A DNA stretch of 64,000 nt from the human T2T-CHM13v2.0 reference genome, Homo sapiens (GCF_009914755.1 NC_060942.1); one strand, 5' to 3'. Shown: positions 44,869-60,138, numbered from the stretch's first letter. The notes: generated from the letters alone by a model not told the origin. Numbers and translations: made by a program.

Positions 44869-47800
44869 TAATTCTTATCTGAGGTTGATTCACAATAGAT
44901 CTATCAATTTCATCTCTTTCATTACTTAACACATGGCTTACAATACAAAACTATTCTGAAGTCAACTATTTATTGTTTTTGAATTTATTTACCTATTACC
45001 TGATAGGGAACCATGGGAACTTAGAACTAGCAAAGGCTTAGGAACACTGTGGTTTATCTCAGGTCTAAATATTGGAGCCCCAAAGGGATCAATATTTTGT
45101 CCATAATTGTAGAGATCCTTAAGCGACAGAGCCTGGAATGGACCCCGACTTTCCTGACCCCAACCTGAGGATTCTCCTTCACTAACATGGCAACATCCGC
45201 TCCCAGTCATGACTGTGACACTTCCCCTGAAGAGAGAAGCCTCAGGCCACACCGTTTGTGAGGACCAGGCCAGAAAGAAGCCACAGCGCTCCTCCTGGGT
45301 GCTTGTCTGAGGTGGTTTCCTTAACTTAGTTAAGAAAAGGAGAGCATTTCCCTTTCCTCCCCATAATGTAAGAGTCATTCATTATCGGAGTAGGGACTGA
45401 TAGTTTATTTCTAAAATATCTATTGCAGTCATCAAAATCATTATTAGTAGTACATATATTTTACATTTTATAGGATTAACTTGTCATGGCCCTTTCAAGT
45501 GCACTATTGTGTCCTAGCTGTGCCTTTGAGTGACAAGTATTGGTGTTCCCATACTACTGGGAAGAAATTTGAAGCCCAGTGTGGTGTTTGCTAATGGTAA
45601 CATAACCAGCAGGTACGAATAAGCAGGAGGGATGAGCTCTCAGGAACACAGGTCTTTTAATTCCTCTCCTTGACCCATTCATTTATGTGACAGCTTCTGT
45701 GACTGAGATGACAGCTAGTTCTGCAACTGTGAGTGGGGAATTGAAATCTCCTGTAATTTATGTTGAAAAAAATCTTGGATGATTTATTCCTGCCAGGCAC
45801 TCTCTTTGGCCTCTGACCTTCAAAAGTCCTCACCCAAAGGACAGTTTGTGACTGGGTTCCTGTTTGGAAGGTTGTCGCTGAAGGTGTATGCAGTGTGGCT
45901 GGAAACAGCACCCCGGCCCTTGGTGGCTGCGCTTGGTTCCCCTTAAGGAAGCTCTTATGCCGTGCTGGGGCCTGGCCTTTAATTCCCAGAGGGCATTAGT
46001 GCTAGCGACACCTCACATCACCACTGAGGCACCTGCCTCTGTTGTTCTCATGTGCATTTTCCAAATCCCCAAATCTGTGCGTTTCCAGAAGTTTCTGGAA
46101 TGGGGAAGATCTCAAGGACTTACTTGTTTTAATGGTTACAAAAGGCTGGTTGGGCCAATTTCCTTAGGGCATGACCTCTCTGGGGAAGAATTCTGCACCC
46201 ACAAATCACGGATGGAACAAGGAAGTATTTTTATTCATGTGCCCCGTATCCCTTTTTTCTTTTGAGGCGTCCACCAAAGGCTCAGGATTACCTCTCCTGC
46301 CTGCTCCTCACCTCAAAGGTAAACAGACCATAAATTCTGCAGTAAAGCAGTGCAAAGGTTTTAAAGGCTGTGTTTACAACCAGGTTTGATCTCTGAAAAC
46401 TGAACTTTACTCAAGATAGAGAAAAATGGGAGGAAGAAAGGAAAGGGAGAGATAGCTTGCATCGCACAAATCTCTTTTCACCTCATCGGCCCCCAACCTG
46501 GGAGACACACATTCCTTGTATTCAGAACCCAGCGTTCTCACCTCTCGACATCTGCCACGCAAGTTAATGGCAGTTGGGTGTTTGCATGGGAGTGCTGCCC
46601 ACAAAACCTGTTCCTCATGATTAATGATCAGTTAGTTAAGTGTTTCAGGTCTACAGGATGGCTTCTGTGGACAAGAGAGAAGATTCTGAGCTTCAGATAT
46701 GTTTGTTCTGTCAGGAAGTCTGTCCCTGGACTCAAAGGCCCTCTGAGGACTGAGGGTGGCTCCTGGGAGGTGTCTCCCCAGGGATCGTGACTCCCACCAG
46801 GCACCTGGTCCTGCAACCACAAACTAGAAAAGTGGATGCAGAGTAGCTATCAAATCCATTTGCCAAAACCTCCAAAAGCCTGCTCTTCCTGCTTCCAAGC
46901 TTGGCAGAAAGATCTTCCTAGGGATAGGCAAGTAGAGGCCATGAGCAGTCCCTGGAAAGAATGAAGGGCCGAACCTGGGAATCTGGGGGTGGCTCGGCCA
47001 TTTAGGCTCCTTGGGGTGGGGCCATCAATGAAAAAAATATTAAGATGGCTCCTCATGACTACTTCTATCATCTGTCTTGGCAAGAGGATCTGAAATAACA
47101 TCTACCTTTCCCTTTGTTTTCAATTAGCAGCAGAGTGAGAGCTTGGCCTGCTGACCGCCCCCTTGGCCAGATGAGCCCCCATGGATCCTAGCGGCCCCCA
47201 TCCCTGCCCTCACTCCAGAGTGCCCTCTCCACCCATAACTGCATGGCTGTGATTAGTTATATAGCTCATTTGGATTCTACTTGCCTTTATTTCTCGCATG
47301 TGTTTGCCTTGTCTCCTGCTCTTGATTGTAGATGGCAGAAGTTTAGAATTTTAAGAGTCTCAGGACAGACGGAATCACACCTAATAGCACAGTGAAAGCA
47401 CAGTATCTGACTTTGCCTTGTCATTGATTGAGATTTGAGTCTAGAAGTCCCTGAATTTCAGCTGACAAGAAAGGGATGGGCTGGCATGAGAGTCACTCCA
47501 TGCCCAGTGCTGGGCTGAGGACAGTGGCTGAGCCCACCGGTGGAGTCATCATCCTCTGTAGTCTCCATCGGCCCCTGCAAAGCTACCCAGGAAAAATGAT
47601 GATCTTAATAACATCTTTTAATCTGGACAATTGCTATTTTTCAATTCAACGTGAAGTCTGAAAGGAACATTATTTTTATTAAACTTAACTCAAAAGTATG
47701 CTTGCTATAAAGACGCTCCTTTAAGACAAGTTCCCCAGCTCTCCCCTTTTAACCTTATCCTCTCCCATATGGAAATTCTGATTCCACCAGTGGCTACATC

Positions 47801-48369
47801 TCTGTGGGTTGCAAAGATGGGAGCTGAGGGGCTCACCATCAAGGAAACTGACCAGGTCAATATTGGTCAATACTGAAACCCTACCACAAGGCCAGCCAAT
47901 GTCAGAGACAGACATTTTATTTGAAATGTAATAAATTTCAGAGTGTAATAAATAGAGAGGCTGTGACTGATGACTACTTTTTTTCAGAAGTAGATGGAGG
48001 TAATTTTGCTGTGCACATTCCGCCAAGCACAGGGTAAATAAATAACACTCAGCAAGTTACGAATTTGTTTAAACAGTGGGTGTCTCACTGGGTGTCAGAA
48101 TCGTAAATGTATCTGAGGTCCCTTTTATACCATTCTCTGGATATAACAATCCTGATCCCTAACTGCAACATTTTTTTGGATTGCTTTAAACCCAAACTGT
48201 CAAGTGACAGACTCAGGAGTGAAAGTTAAGCTTTCAGTATCCAAAAACTCACTCATGCGCAATGTAAGCCCCAAACAGTAGTGAGTTCTCAATGAGAACT
48301 CCATTTCAATAACTTACCCGACCTGGTCTGCTCCCAGATGACCCACGTGTTGTCTGTAAGGATCTCTCC

Positions 48370-48540
48370 CAATCTTTCTAATGATCTGTGAGATATGTGT
48401 ATTTATCTCCATTTTACATGTAAGAGAACGGAGGCTCAGAGGGTAGACGATGTGCCAAGAGCATGAAGCTGCAAAGGCTGCGGCAGTGTCTGCATCCAGG
48501 TCCCTTCGACAGCAAAGCTCGTGCTCTTTCCACTACACAA
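48370..48540 (-). mobile_element. MIR
   Basis: tatctccattttacatgtaagagaacggaggctcagagg...tgctctttccactacac. Confidence 0.7.
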
Positions 48541-48573
48541 TAATGAACACATGGAGTAGGATTTGGCATGTGA

Positions 48574-48932
<359 letters not shown>

Positions 48933-49089
48933 AACATCAATTTATTTATTTTAAAAAGGAACAAGAGGAAGAAGGTAGGTCATAAATTGCTTTATCACTT
49001 TCTTTTCTTTATCTCTCGTCTCCTTAGCTTTTCAACCCCATTCCAATTCCTCTCTTGATCATCTCAAGTCCTGTGTAAATCCCAAATTT

Positions 49090-49915
49090 AAAAAAAAATT
49101 TATTTAAAAATAATTTTAAACTTGTAGAAATGAGAAAAACCTTATCTCCCTTTCACCCAGATTCCCAAATTGTTAATATTTTGTATTTGCAGGCTGTCTC
49201 TCTTGCCCTGTCTCTCTCCATATATATCGTTTATTTATATATATTATACATAGATAAATAATTAATACATAGTCTTTTTCTGAACGATCTGAGAACAAGT
49301 TGCTGACATGCTACTCCATCAGCCCTAATTATTCTAGTGTGTATTTCCTCCAAACAGGGACACTCTCTAACACCACCATCATACAACCATCCAAGCCACC
49401 TTCCTACATGATCATTTGTTTCTTTTTAAAAAATGTTTTATTAGAGATGAGTCTTGCTTGGTCGCCCAGGCTGGAGTGTAGTGGCACGATCATAGCAGCC
49501 TGGGCTCAAGCAATCCTCCTGCCTCAGCCTCCCGTATAGCTGGGACTACAGGTGCACATACCACACCCCCATCCATTATCATTTCACAGACCCCATTTAC
49601 GCTTTGCCAACTACCCCAAGAATGCCACTTCTTTCTTTCTGGTCCAGGATACAATTCAGGCTCATATGCTACATTTAGTTGTGAAGCCTCTATAGTCTCT
49701 TCTGATCTGGAGTGGTTCTTTAGTCTTCCCCCTGTGTTCCCCTACCTTGTAGAATGGCCCGTGCCTGGGTCTGCCTGACGTTTCCTCATGCTCTGACTCA
49801 GGTCGGGCATTCTTGGCAGGGATGCTATAGAAATGGTGTTGTGCACCGAGGAGGTCCATGTTGTCAACCTCAACCGTCTCACCACTGATGTTAGGGGAGC
49901 CTTCCTCCATCACCT
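49090..49915 (-). mobile_element. L1MC/MD-type 3' region with a partial Alu (49438-49567)
   Basis: ccctttcacccagattccc...ttctgaacgatctgagaacaagttgc...tggtccaggatacaattcagg...catttagttgt. Confidence 0.6.
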
Positions 49916-49921
49916 TGTTTA

Positions 49922-50333
49922 TGTCACCCAGGTGGTAGTATGATCACGGCTGACTCCAGCCTCAAACTCCTGAGCTCAAGCGATCCTCCTGCCTCAGCCT
50001 CCCAAAGTACTGGGATTACGGGTGTTAATATGCATCTGTGTGGTACTGTTTCTTTTGTTTGTTTGTTTGAGATGGAGTCTCACTCTGCTGCCCAGGCTGG
50101 AGTACAGTGGTGCGATCTTGGCCCACTGCAACCTCTGCCTCCCAGGTTCAAGTGATTCTTCTGCTTCAGCCTCCTGAATAGCTGGGATTACAGGTATGTA
50201 CCACCACGCCCGGCTATTTTTTTTTATTTTTAGTAGAGACGGGGTTTCACCATGTTGGCCAGGCTGGTCTCGAACTCCTGACCTCAAGTGATCTGCCTGC
50301 CTCTGCCACCAAAGTGCTGGGATTACAGGTGTG
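49922..50333 (-). mobile_element. Alu monomer remnant (49922-50025) + AluS (50052-50333)
   Basis: TSD GGTACTGTTTCTT around the AluS. Confidence 0.88.
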
Positions 50334-52422
50334 GGTACTGTTTCTTAATAAGACCCACAATATGTTTTGAGTTTGGTTTTATAAGATAGATACCATTTCC
50401 TGACACCCAGAAAAGCTCAGTGTTCACTTTTTTCCCCCTCAATTTTTATAAGTGTACAAAGAACATTTCTATAAAAATTCTCACCTGGCCTATTGTGAAG
50501 GGCAGAAGGAAAGAAGGTAAAACTCATACATAACTAGGGAAAAATGGGGAAGTTCTAAAGTTAAAGTTTAAGTCATGTCAACCATAGAGACCTCAGACGT
50601 ATTTCCTACTGTGCCTATTTAGGTGAGGTGGAGGGCAGGGATGGAGGAAATCGATGATCTTACAACAAAACTGTTTTTAACACTCTCCTGGCCCCTACTA
50701 GATTACTTAAGATTTTAGTGAAATAGGTCATTTTGCTTTGCAATCTGCTTAGAACTTTCTGGTTATTTTGAGGATTCTTCCATTCAGAGAAATCAGTAGC
50801 GAGTTTGGAGTGAGCCTGATCTCCAAGGTCCTGGGGTGGGCCCAGGAGCGACGCAGAGTCTGGAATCACGTGGACATGCACACAGTGGGAAAAGCAGGCT
50901 TGGTTTTTCCTGTGTCTCCTTGGGCAAAGTACTTCATTTCTCAGAGTCTCAGCTTCCTAATCTATAATGTGGAGGCTACTTCAAGGAAAGAGAAAAAAGA
51001 GAGAATGGTCACAGTGCTTGACACATAGTGAGCATCCAGAATGTGTTAATGATGATTACAGGGCAAGCCTAATGCCTGGCCCTTGACCTAGGTTGCTCAT
51101 GGTTCAGCTTAGCCAATGAACTATGAACTATGAGTATTCTAGAAGTCAAATCACCACCTTGTTAGCTTGCATCTCCTAGTGTTGCCACCACTCCCAAGGC
51201 ACCAAGGAACTTGGGTATTTTTGGAAATTAAACACACACACACACACACACCCCCCACGTCACTTGCCTTCATGATGTGCCAAGGATGTTTCTCTAGCCC
51301 CCACTTCACCATCTTAGATGAAGTTCCGAAGAAATGGACCCTCAGAGAAGGACTCGCATGCCAGTAGCTTATTAAGGAGCCAGGTAAGGGAGGAGGAGGA
51401 GCAGGAGGGAAAGAGATACCGCCGCCATCAGTCCCCACAGAGGGCAGCTTCAGCTTGATTTTTGCAGAAGAGTCCTGAACTATTAGGGATGATTCAGAAT
51501 TCTCCTAGCACCTGTCGGTCACTGGACCTACCCTGGGGAAAGAACTCTCAGGCTCTTCGGCTCTCTGCCCTCTGGACAAAGGGGCTCCAGCAGCCCTGGA
51601 AGTCCTCCAGAGCAGAGCCTTGGGTGCTGGCTGTGGGAACTGAAAGCACATTGAAGTTGGGGGTTGGAGGGGAAGCACTGACATTTCTGCCACTAGACCC
51701 CACACCAGTGCTCAGGGTTCTGGAGTTTTGACAAGGCTGGAGGCAACCATGGCAGGTGAAGCTGGTGGCACACACTGCCCCCTCTCTCTCCCCTCCCTCT
51801 CATCGCCACAGTTCTTACCCCTTGACAGGAAGGCAGTGTCAAGGCCTTGGGATCTCCGACTCAATTTCTGTCTTTTCGGTCAAGCTGGACATGATTCTGC
51901 CCAAAACCCACCTCCTGTCCTGCCAGCCCGGACTTCTCTTTTTCCTTTGTAAGCCCTGGGTCTTTCTCGTTCTAGTTAATACCAGTAAATGAAAGAGTCA
52001 TGGAAATCACAAGAGAAGAGTCATCTCTCCCAGGACAGGGCACCGTGAATTGCCAAAGAAGTAGTTGATATCATAGCAAGACCTACCATGCAGAAGACGA
52101 GAGCGCTGTCTAGGATGGGGTGGTTAGGAAAAGAAGAACGTCTCTGGGCTTAGGCTGGTCTTCATTGCAGGCTTCAGATTGTTAGCTGAGGGGGGAAGAC
52201 CTTCCAGCAATCGGGATGGTATGGGCAGAAGTGCCAGGTATTTGGGGTGAACCATGAGTCGCCCCATTTGTCAGTGGTGCTGATGTGGAGGGGAGGGAGG
52301 AGTTGGTGAAGAGGAGGGGCTGAGCCGCAGCCAGGGCCTCCAGAGCCTGGGTTGGGGTAGCAGGGAGTGAACAGACAGGACATTCTTCTGGGACTTCTGA
52401 AAATTTTGGCTAATTTTGGGGA

Positions 52423-52724
52423 TTTATTATTTTATTTTTTTGAGACGGAGTCTCACTCTGTCACTCAGGCTGTAGTACAGTGGTGATGATCTCGGCTCAC
52501 TGCAACGTCCACCTTCTGGGTTCAAGCGATTCTCATGCCTCAGCCTCCGGAGTAGCTGGGATTACAGACATGTGCCACAATACCCAGCTAATTTTTGTAT
52601 TTTTAGCAGAGACAGGGTTTCACCATGTTGTTCAGGCTGGTCTTGAACTCCTGGCCTCATGTGATCTGCCCATCTCGACCTCCCAAAGTGCTGGGATTGC
52701 AGTGTGAGCCACTGTACCCGGTCC
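52423..52724 (-). mobile_element. AluS
   Basis: Antisense full length. Confidence 0.92.
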
Positions 52725-53709
52725 AGTTTTAGGGATATTTTAGAGTTATTTTAGGAGCTACCCATTAAACATCTAGACAAATTGTTTATTTATACATAAA
52801 ATTGTGACTTTGTCCAGAGGAAGGGAATTTCTGACAGAATGTACCCTCTACCCACTCTCTGTGGTTTGAAGGAGGTAGAGTTAAAAATAAGCAATCCATC
52901 ACATTATACTAATCTGATTTTTTAAAAAATGAGCCTCTATGTCTATGATCCTGACATATTTAAGAGACAAATGGGGATGGGTATTGGCAGTGTTGCAGAG
53001 TAGGCACTTGACAAGTAATTCTTGAGCGTTAAGAATTTGAGCCAATAGTGCGGTAGTTTGATTTTAATCCAGCCTCAATATTATTTTATGCAGGGTGGGG
53101 CCTCTGGGCTCGGTGTTGGTAGGATGATGACTGCAGAGAGATTGGGAGAGGAGCTGTGTCTGATCTTTTGAGGGGGTGTCTTTGTGGGTGCGGCTGAGCA
53201 CTGTCTCCCATGAAAACAATGTTCTACAGTGAGAATCCTGTGTACATGTGTTGAAAAAAATAAAATGCGGTTTTCCAATTTCTTGTAGGCTTTCAATCTC
53301 ATTGACATAGTCTAGTCTAATAAGGAAGCTCTATATTTTCCAAATTAATTTTTCCCTCCACCAAGGGAACCAGTGATGCCAGATGGACATAAACTCTTTC
53401 AGAAAATGTCTACACTCATGGGCGATTTCCTACACAAATGGTTGCATAATATATACACTGTTTTGTTCCTCGCTTTTTAACCTAACACTGTATCTTAAGA
53501 GATCATTACTGATCAGTACATATAAAGCTAATTTGTTTACTTATATTATTAATTCCTAAACACACATTATAAAGCCTTTATACAATACAGAAATATACAG
53601 AACAAAAAGTGAGCGCCTCATCACTATTCCTTTCTCACAACTGTTTTTTAAAGATCTTAACATACACACACATGCATGCATTCACACATACACATGCAGA
53701 GTATTTTAA

Positions 53710-54064
<355 letters not shown>

Positions 54065-55515
54065 TAAATATATGACTGATATCTGTTTATTTCTGAAGAT
54101 ACAGATCTACCTTAGTCTTTCAATTTTATTTTTTATTAATAAAAATTAATTTACTATTTTTTTTGGAATAGATAATACACATATAAGGTGCAAAATTTAA
54201 AATTTTATACAGGGTATAAAAGGGTACACAGTGAGAAGAACGTCTTCATCTATCTCTGAACCCCCAGCCACCAATTGTTCCTTTCAGACACAGCCACTAT
54301 TACCATTTATGCCGTTATCTTCTAGATAGTTTACGCATTTACAAACATATATTTTTAAAAATTTACCTACAAAAATGATAGCATGTTATCCATACTGTTC
54401 TCTCTCCAGCTTTTGTTTTTTACACAAAGTAGACCTCAGCTATTTTTCATATCCATATGTATACAGATGCCTTATCTTTTTAAACAGCCACATGGTGTTG
54501 TATTCCCTAACACAGATATACTGTAATTTATATGGTCTGTTCATGAGCAGTTTTATGGGATTGGAGGGTATCAGCTGCGTAAATTCCTAGAATACAGAGA
54601 CTGTCTGCCTCCCTGTTCCTTCATCGTGTCTTAGTCCACCCATTCTCTCACTCATTGATTTATTTACTTATTTGATCAATTTCAGAGCCCGTTATGTGTT
54701 GCACATCATTCTAAGCTCTTGACCAATTTAAACTGAATCTTTTAAAACCATAGTATCCTTTCGCAAATAGACAAAGACGTGCTGAGCTAGATGAGAATGT
54801 TAAGCATCTTCCTATTTGCCATGTTTTACCTGGACCACCCATAAGCTACCCCAATCAGCAGGGAGGGTGTAAAACCTCCAAAGAGGAACACATTCGAATG
54901 TCTCTGAGCCCCTGGCTTAATCGTCCAGCTGTCCTCTGGGGGCTCTGCTGTGCGGTTCCACCCAAACCCCGTCCCTCTGCCTCGCCTGTGACTGAGTTTG
55001 GCAGTGGCTGGGAAGCCAGTGGATCGTGTGCCAAGTTCCAGATGAGTAGGAGAGAGGTCTCATCCCAGCCAGCCGGTAGGTAAGTATTAGTCACACAGGG
55101 GCACAAACAAGTCTCTAAAACCACATTTAGCCAGCTGTGGCCAGCAGTGTCCCATGCTTGGCTGCCTACAGACACCTCTGCGCTACATTAAGAAAGAGTT
55201 ACCACTTGTTGCGGCAACAAAGCCAGCTGCTGGGAATTAGGTGGTAAAGATCAGAGGAAGAGGGGGTGGCTGCAGGAGCTGAAAGGGAAGGCCGAGCCAC
55301 TCCCTGCACAAATAGTTCCTTGTGCCTCTCCTCCAAATGGGAGTTGGCACCAGAAAAGGAGGTGGTTAAAAGGAAGGCGACTCTCCACACCCTGGCCACT
55401 TCGTCAATGAAAAGAGAGACCCACTGATGAGGGATGATCCTGGAGATGGAAACGGGCCCCAGTGGGAGAGGCCAGGATGAAGTAGAAGGACCACTGCAGA
55501 TATCAAAACGCCCTT

Positions 55516-55645
55516 GGCAGGGTGCGGGGGCTCGACACTGTAATCCCAGCACTTTGGGAGGCCAAGGATCACTTGAGCTCAGGAGTTTGGGACCAGCCTG
55601 GGCAACAGAGTGAGACCCTGTCTCTAGAGAAAAACAACATCAACA
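55516..55645 (+). mobile_element. FLAM-type Alu monomer
   Basis: Left-arm-only Alu. Confidence 0.8.
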
Positions 55646-56332
55646 AAATGTCCTAGATTCTCTCCGCTTGCACGTGAGATGGAAGAGGATTTTCTAATTT
55701 CTTGGCTCCAGCACTCATCTCAAAAAACACTAGATCAGAAATACTGTGCTGTGTTTCTCCCCAAAACCCTGGGCTTCAAGGGTGAAAGATTTATGTCTAC
55801 CAACCTGAAGAATAAGTCTTCCTTTTCTTGCTTTGGGTGTGACTTTTAATTTAAATATCAGAATACAATCTTTCTTTAATTTCCAGTCTTTAGAAGTGAA
55901 TTACTGTACTCCCTACAAAAAGGTTGCAGGAAATACTCTCAGAGTGGATAAATATTTCCAGAGCATCAACAGGATAAAGGCTGTGCTTTCACCTTGAAAG
56001 GCTTGTCCACAATTCTCACATTTTTCATTTATCCACTTATTTATTGGTTTAATAATCCATCAAGGAAACATTTATTTAGTGCTTATTATGTGCCGGGCTG
56101 AGCTCTCTTTATGCCTTATCTAGCTTCATCTCACTATAATTCCTCTAGAATGAAAGCTGCATGAGAGTAGGGACTTTTTGCTTCTTTCGTTCATTGTTTG
56201 TCTTCAGTAACTAAAATTGTGCATGGCACATAAATATGTGTTTGAAAAATGAATTAGGTAAGTTATATTATTATGGACCTTTTACAGTTGATAAAACAGA
56301 GCCTTACATAGATTATTAAGAAGCTTGCTTAA

Positions 56333-56473
56333 TTAGGAAAAATAGCTAATACATGCTGGACTCAATACCTAGGTGATGGATTGCTAGGTGCAGCAAACCA
56401 TCATGGCACACATTTACCTATGTAACAAACCTGCACATGTACCCCAAAACTTTAAAAATAAAAATTAAAAAAA
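56333..56473 (+). mobile_element. Short 5'-truncated L1PA 3' end
   Basis: aatacctaggtgatgg...gcagcaaaccatcatggcacacatttacctatgtaacaaacctgcacat + A-tail; TSD AAGCTTGCTTAA. Confidence 0.9.
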
Positions 56474-56597
56474 GAAAGCTTGCTTAAAGTTTCAGAGCTT
56501 ATAAGAGGCAGAGTTGGAATGTAATTTCATCTGACTCCAAAGGCAACATGTATTGAAATAGATGAGGGAGATGTTGTGGGATCACCAAGAAAAGATG

Positions 56598-56822
56598 ATT
56601 TTTTTTTTTTTTTTTTAAGATAGGGTCTCACTCTGTCATCCAGGCTGGAGTGCAGTGGTGTGATTATGGCTCACTGCAGCCTTGACCTCCCTGGGCTCAT
56701 GAGATCCTCCTACCTCCATTTCCCAGGTAGCTGGGACTACAGGTGCATGATATCACACCTGGCTAGTTTTTGTATTTTTTGTAGAGATGGGGGTTTTCCA
56801 TGTTGCCCAGGCTGGTCTCAAA
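56598..56822 (-). mobile_element. 5'-truncated AluJ
   Basis: Antisense Alu with poly-T. Confidence 0.88.
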
Positions 56823-56912
56823 CTAAGCGTTAGCTAAGCAGAATAACTTAATCCAGATAGTGACTTCTGAGAAGGAGATACAAGCCCCATGATTTAGGAA
56901 GCTATGAAAAGC

Positions 56913-57060
56913 AAGCTGGGCACAGTGGTGTACTCCAGGAATCCCAGCTACTCAGGAAGCTAAGGCACAAGGATCACTTGCGCCTAGGAGTTTGAGGCCA
57001 GCCTGGGCAACACAGCAAGACCCCATTTCTTTAAAAAAGAAAAAAATAAAGGAAGAAAAG
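56913..57060 (+). mobile_element. FLAM-type Alu monomer
   Basis: Flanking repeat AAGCTATGAA. Confidence 0.8.
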
Positions 57061-58974
57061 AAAGCTATGAAGAGAAATTTAGGAATGTTTTTTCATCAAA
57101 TAAATACTGAAAACCTGCTTCCTATCAAACCCACACAGACAGAGGATACCATATATACCAACATACTGAATGGTCTCTGGAATTTACTTTAAAGAGGTCA
57201 TACTATAAGTAGGGCAATTGAAAACGGGGTCTGCATTTTTTTCCCATTAAATCAGGGCTTGGTCCAACCTTATTTTGCCAACAATGAACATCCGAGATCA
57301 AATATCAAGGTTTATCCCTCAAGGCCCAGCTCTAGATGCCATTTCCTCCCAGTTTTCACAATCAAAATCCTCAGGCAGGGCACAGTGCCCACACCTGTAA
57401 TCCCAGCACCTTAGGAAGCAGAGGTGCGAGGACACCGTAATCTTGATCCTCACTTCTGAAGTCACTATTTGGATTAAGTTATTCTGCTTAGCTAATGCCT
57501 ATAAAAATTCCCATTCATTACTAACGGTGGAAAGCGGCTCTGACAGCCTTGCCTTCCCCTTCATCCCAGGCAGCCCCATCCTTACTAATTGGAAGGGGAG
57601 ATTGAACATTCTTTGCTTTTGATCAAGATTTGTCTCCTGCCAGGAGCAAGGAAGGATGTGTAGGAGGGAATGTCTCCGATAATAACAATAACAAGAGTAA
57701 TGAGTAAAAGTTTTCAACAGGATCTTGGGCAATGAAGTTACCCAGGCCATTTATACATGTTTATAGTGTGAGTGTTTTTTCTTCAGCTAACAATGGCACC
57801 AAAATGCCTTCCTTCCCTCGGCCCCCTCCCAAACACGTTGAATGGTCCTGTTTGAGCTACAGAGGAACAGCTTTCAAAACTAGACCTTTTTTTCCTGCTT
57901 ATTTCTGGCAATGAGTAAATGGAAATGGGGCGGTTTTGGCCTTTGGTTATGGGAGGGCAATGCTCTCATGGTGCCTGGTTTCTGGATTTTGTGGCTGAGA
58001 GCTTCAAGTGGCCTTCTTGAGCCAGTAGCAGGGCCTGTGGTGCAGCCGCTTGTCCAAGTGACTGAGGAAACCTTTCCTTCAACTTCCCTCCTCTTCCCAG
58101 CTTGAATGTAATCGGAGTTGCTATCCCCATGTTTAAGAAACAGACTGTGACTTCAACAACAATGAACTGACTTCCTACACATCCCTCTGCACCACCTCTT
58201 GGGTGATTTAGAAGAGGAAGCAAGATTTCCTCCTCCTGGCTCCGCTGGACAGAGCCTCCTCCCGCGTGGGTCAGCCGGGCCTGGGCTCTGGGGGTGCAGG
58301 AAGTCTCTCATCCTCTCACCCCATCCACATCCTGGAACTGGAGGATGAGCAGGAAGTGGAAAGTGTCAGGCAGAGTCTTTCAAGCTCACAGTCGGCTCCG
58401 GGCAGCTCGTGGGCCTTTAGGAAAACAATACAAAACTTTCCAAATGGTTCTTTTAATGGCTCTCTGCAAACACTTTACACAGTTGTGTTTGACGCTGCCA
58501 GTCACGAAGACTCTGGGATATTTATTTTGTTTTCTTTTCATTTTGCTGCGGGGAATAAAAAGTCACGGCTGAGTGTTGTTCTCAGTAACTCTCTTCCTGG
58601 TTGTTTGGAACACCTTTGACGGTGGCTGGCCTGGGTCGGGCCCCTCCCTGTTCTCTCCTACGGGGCGAGTTACTACGGCAGCCCTCTGCCCAGGGTTCCG
58701 AAGATTAATTGGCCTGAGTGATGCTTTAAATTTGGGAGCATGCCCCCATATACCAGGGGCCAGCTGCCAGCTGTTCTGAACCTTAGGGCACACCACATCA
58801 CGTCTTCAGTGCCCTCATTTGTGAAATGAAGGGGCTGGAATGGTGACGTGACCCAGGTCAAATGTTCTCTGGGTCAGTGAGCTCCTGACCAGCCCCATAC
58901 AGAGACTCCCTGGAGTCTTATGGGGCAGTGACCTCAGGTGTGCTCTGAACCCTTCTCCTGAGGCGTCTTCTTTT

Positions 58975-59118
58975 TTTTTTTCCATAAATTTTTTAAATAA
59001 ATAGAGACAGGGTCTCGCTAAGTTTCCCAGGCTGGTTTCAAACTCCTGGGCTCAAGCAATCCTCCTGCCTCGGCCTCCCAGAGTGTTGGGGTTGCAGGTG
59101 TGAGCCCCCGTCCCTGGC
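58975..59118 (-). mobile_element. FLAM-type Alu monomer
   Basis: Left-arm-only antisense Alu. Confidence 0.8.
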
Positions 59119-60138
59119 AGAGGCCTCTTCTCTACATTTTCCTTCTTCCCTCTTTCCAGGTGGAGGCTTCTTGCTCCTGGGGCTGACCCCTTAAACTTTT
59201 CTTCAGCAAATCCCCACTGACTTGCCGTAAGACATGATCTGGCACATTGAGCTTTCACACAGCCATCTTCTGATGTCTTTACCAGGGTGGTTATTTTATT
59301 TTTATTTTTAGCCCTAGAATGCACCAACGGGGCCCAAAGATGACAAAGTTGTAAAACTTGGCTTTGCCAATGACTTCTTTTCAGTACTCTCTAGTCTTTG
59401 CTGTGTCAGGTCACAGCACAAGCCCGGTCGGAAAATACCCTGGGGGGCTCCTCCCTGCCCTTCCCAGACTGCCTCTCCCTTTCCTTCTTTGGCCATTGAG
59501 GTAGTAATAGGAAGAAGGAGCTCTCTTTTATTTGGAGGTTGGCATTTATCAAAAATAACATTTTCCCTGACGAATTTCCAGACACTGCCCATCAACTACC
59601 TTGGGATTTCACTAATTTTGAAATGCAGACGGTTCTAAGGCACTCCCCATCTCACGAGGGGAGATCTGAGGGCAACGCCTCTTTGACTTGGTATGAGATG
59701 GATGTTCAGAATCTCCATGTGAGATGAGAAATCTCAGCTTCCTCTGATCCCAAGCTGAAGGTGATGATACTTGGCAGAGTTGCTTCAACATGGAGCCTCC
59801 CTAAATTTAGAAAGTAACGGACCATAAACAGAGACAGTATGAACATGAAACTGAAACTAAAATTGATACTTCGGGAATTATTTACCTTTCTGACTTACTA
59901 GTGAACAATTTTAGTCTTTGCTTTAAATCAGATAGACTATGTGAGTGTCTCTGTGAAGTATCTGGCACAAAATAGGTGTTCAGTTAATGTGAGCATTGTT
60001 CACTTGTCACAACACGGGTGGAGACTCCTGCTCAGAGTTAGCCTCCTCAAGGGCTGGGAGGGTGGAGGGGAGGAGAGGTGAAGACCCATACCTGCTGGCT
60101 GAGACCCCTCCTCTCTCCAGAATAGAACTGGACAGATG

